Positions 62,719 through 64,000 of a stretch of 64,000 nucleotides of DNA are shown piece by piece; within the stretch, counting starts at the first letter, position 1, and each line of letters begins with the position of its first letter. Source of the stretch: Protoeuglena noctilucae. Its lineage: Eukaryota. The stretch is from positions 1,612,001 to 1,676,000 of the forward strand of contig OY253670.1 of the NCBI GenBank assembly GCA_958009085.1. The letters are read 5' to 3'. The notes beneath the pieces were generated by a model that was not told where the DNA came from, did not search any database, and worked only from the letters and a program-made list of their open reading frames with translations. A program made the position numbers and the translations under genes.

Positions 62719-64000
62719 GCAGCACTCGATTTCTGAGCGGGACAGGAGGCGGCGGCGGCGTCAGGACGGGCGGCGCGAGGGCATGGCAGGTGCGGCTGTG
62801 CTTGTGCAGGGGCCCCCGGCGGTCTGCGGGCCCCCGGGACGGCCCGGGGCAGCGAGAGCTCGAAACCGGCTACGACCATGAGATCTAGGGAGCAGCGAGC
62901 AGGGCGGGGCCCTCAAAGCCGCCGGATTCGCGGCCTGCCAACGAGCCCCCTGGACAGCCCCCGCGCGGCCGAGTCGCTGAAAAAAGCGCCTCCCCCGATC
63001 GTCCAGCGCTCAAAATATAACGCCTGCACTCCGCGCAGTGGCGCGATTCCGAGAAAGCGCACCGCGCGGATACCGCGGCGAAATTGAGGGGACGCGATGG
63101 AAACGCGCGAGCCCTCGCCCCCTGCACCCAGCACCGTGTGCGCTGCGCAAGACCGGTCTCTCAAAGCGACGTGGCCACGTCGCGACGGTCGGAAAGGGGG
63201 GATCGCCGCGTGGGGGGACGCCTTCAACGGGCGACCGGTCCCCGGGCGCACAAACGCGATCGCCCGGCGCGCACTCGCTAGACGAACGTCCCAAGGCCTG
63301 AATGCAGCGCGGGCGATGACGCATCACGCTCACCCTGCGGAAAAGTCGCTCAATTCGCTGGGCCCCACAAGTGTGCGAAAGACAGGAGAATGCGCAACTG
63401 CAAGGACAAAGCTGGTTCGTGTAACTGATGGACAGCCAGTCGTGGTTTGTCACTGAGGTCGTTCAAGAAGTTCGGGCAGGCCTTAAAACCCTACCCAGCA
63501 GTGGGAGGGTCCCGGCCAACGAGCAAGGCTGCAAAACGCTGGTGTGGTGACTGCGGGACCGGGTCCGGCAGCAGCTCCAGCAGATCATGTGTTCAAACGT
63601 CGGGTCCGCAACAAACACGAGTGCGGGCCAAGACGCGAAGCCAGCGGGCGCCCAAGGGTGTCGTGGTCTGGAACAGCAAATGTCTCGCGCCAGCAATGCT
63701 GGCTAAACTCTCCAGCGCCGGGCAACGCGTGCCCGGCAGCGGTGGCGGGGGCGGCGGACATGAGAGGGAAGTGGGGACAGTGCGAGCCCGGCAGTTGCTG
63801 TGCCGGGCTCCCGCGCAACATGGGCGTACTCGGAATGCATCGACGGGCCACCGCGCGCCCGGCTGCCCATCCCGGGTGCGGTCGCTGCGGTGACGGGGGG
63901 ATGCGAACGGAGAGGGGTGGGGAAGGATCCTGTCACTTGTAAGCGCCCACGGGGAGGTCGGCGGCAGAGGGAGGGAAGGCGGGGTTGCGCCAGGGCGGGG

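Noticed and set aside
5400..64000. Hundreds of long Pro/Arg/Gly/Ala-rich ORFs in the track (e.g. 56379..58229, 59654..61072, 28845..29921)
   Set aside because: Antisense or off-frame shadows of real exons in high-GC DNA, with no protein motifs.
63447..64000. Possible first exon of a plus-strand gene (donor-like GTAAGC near 63939)
   Set aside because: Frame and product cannot be established within the window.
1..64000. tRNA, rRNA, snRNA genes or telomeric repeats
   Set aside because: None recognised by eye; a covariance-model search was not possible.

Overview
GC-rich, intron-dense eukaryotic nuclear DNA, most likely from a flagellated alga. It carries DRC1 and an RSP7-like radial-spoke gene; a green-algal assignment is inference. 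Most ORFs in the supplied track are GC-content artefacts, so I rebuilt genes by hand from exon fragments and splice signals. Host genes: a large secreted Thr/Ser/Ala repeat protein, a BtuF-like binding protein, an ABHD4/5-like hydrolase, DRC1, PAN2, a 2H-like hypothetical, HSP90 (spanning a 200-N gap), an atypical MAPK-like kinase, a secreted 9-repeat protein, a HAD-methyltransferase fusion, sphingolipid delta-4 desaturase, a small Siva-like Zn-finger, a DEK-C/HIRIP3-like protein, RSP7-like, MscS-like, MORN-filamin, kinesin-14, a hypothetical and a mitochondrial carrier. The first ~1.5 kb is AT-richer and intronless and looks like the end of an endogenous virus or mobile element. The most unusual window-wide signals: (1) about 11 'splice-junction echoes', 35-100 bp-period tandem duplications that place a near-copy of an exon end plus splice site inside the adjacent intron; (2) about 28 GC-AG introns with a strict AG|GCRAG donor; (3) CpG-rich 5' introns versus TpG/CpA-rich internal introns. 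All counts and exon boundaries are by eye and need RNA-seq confirmation.
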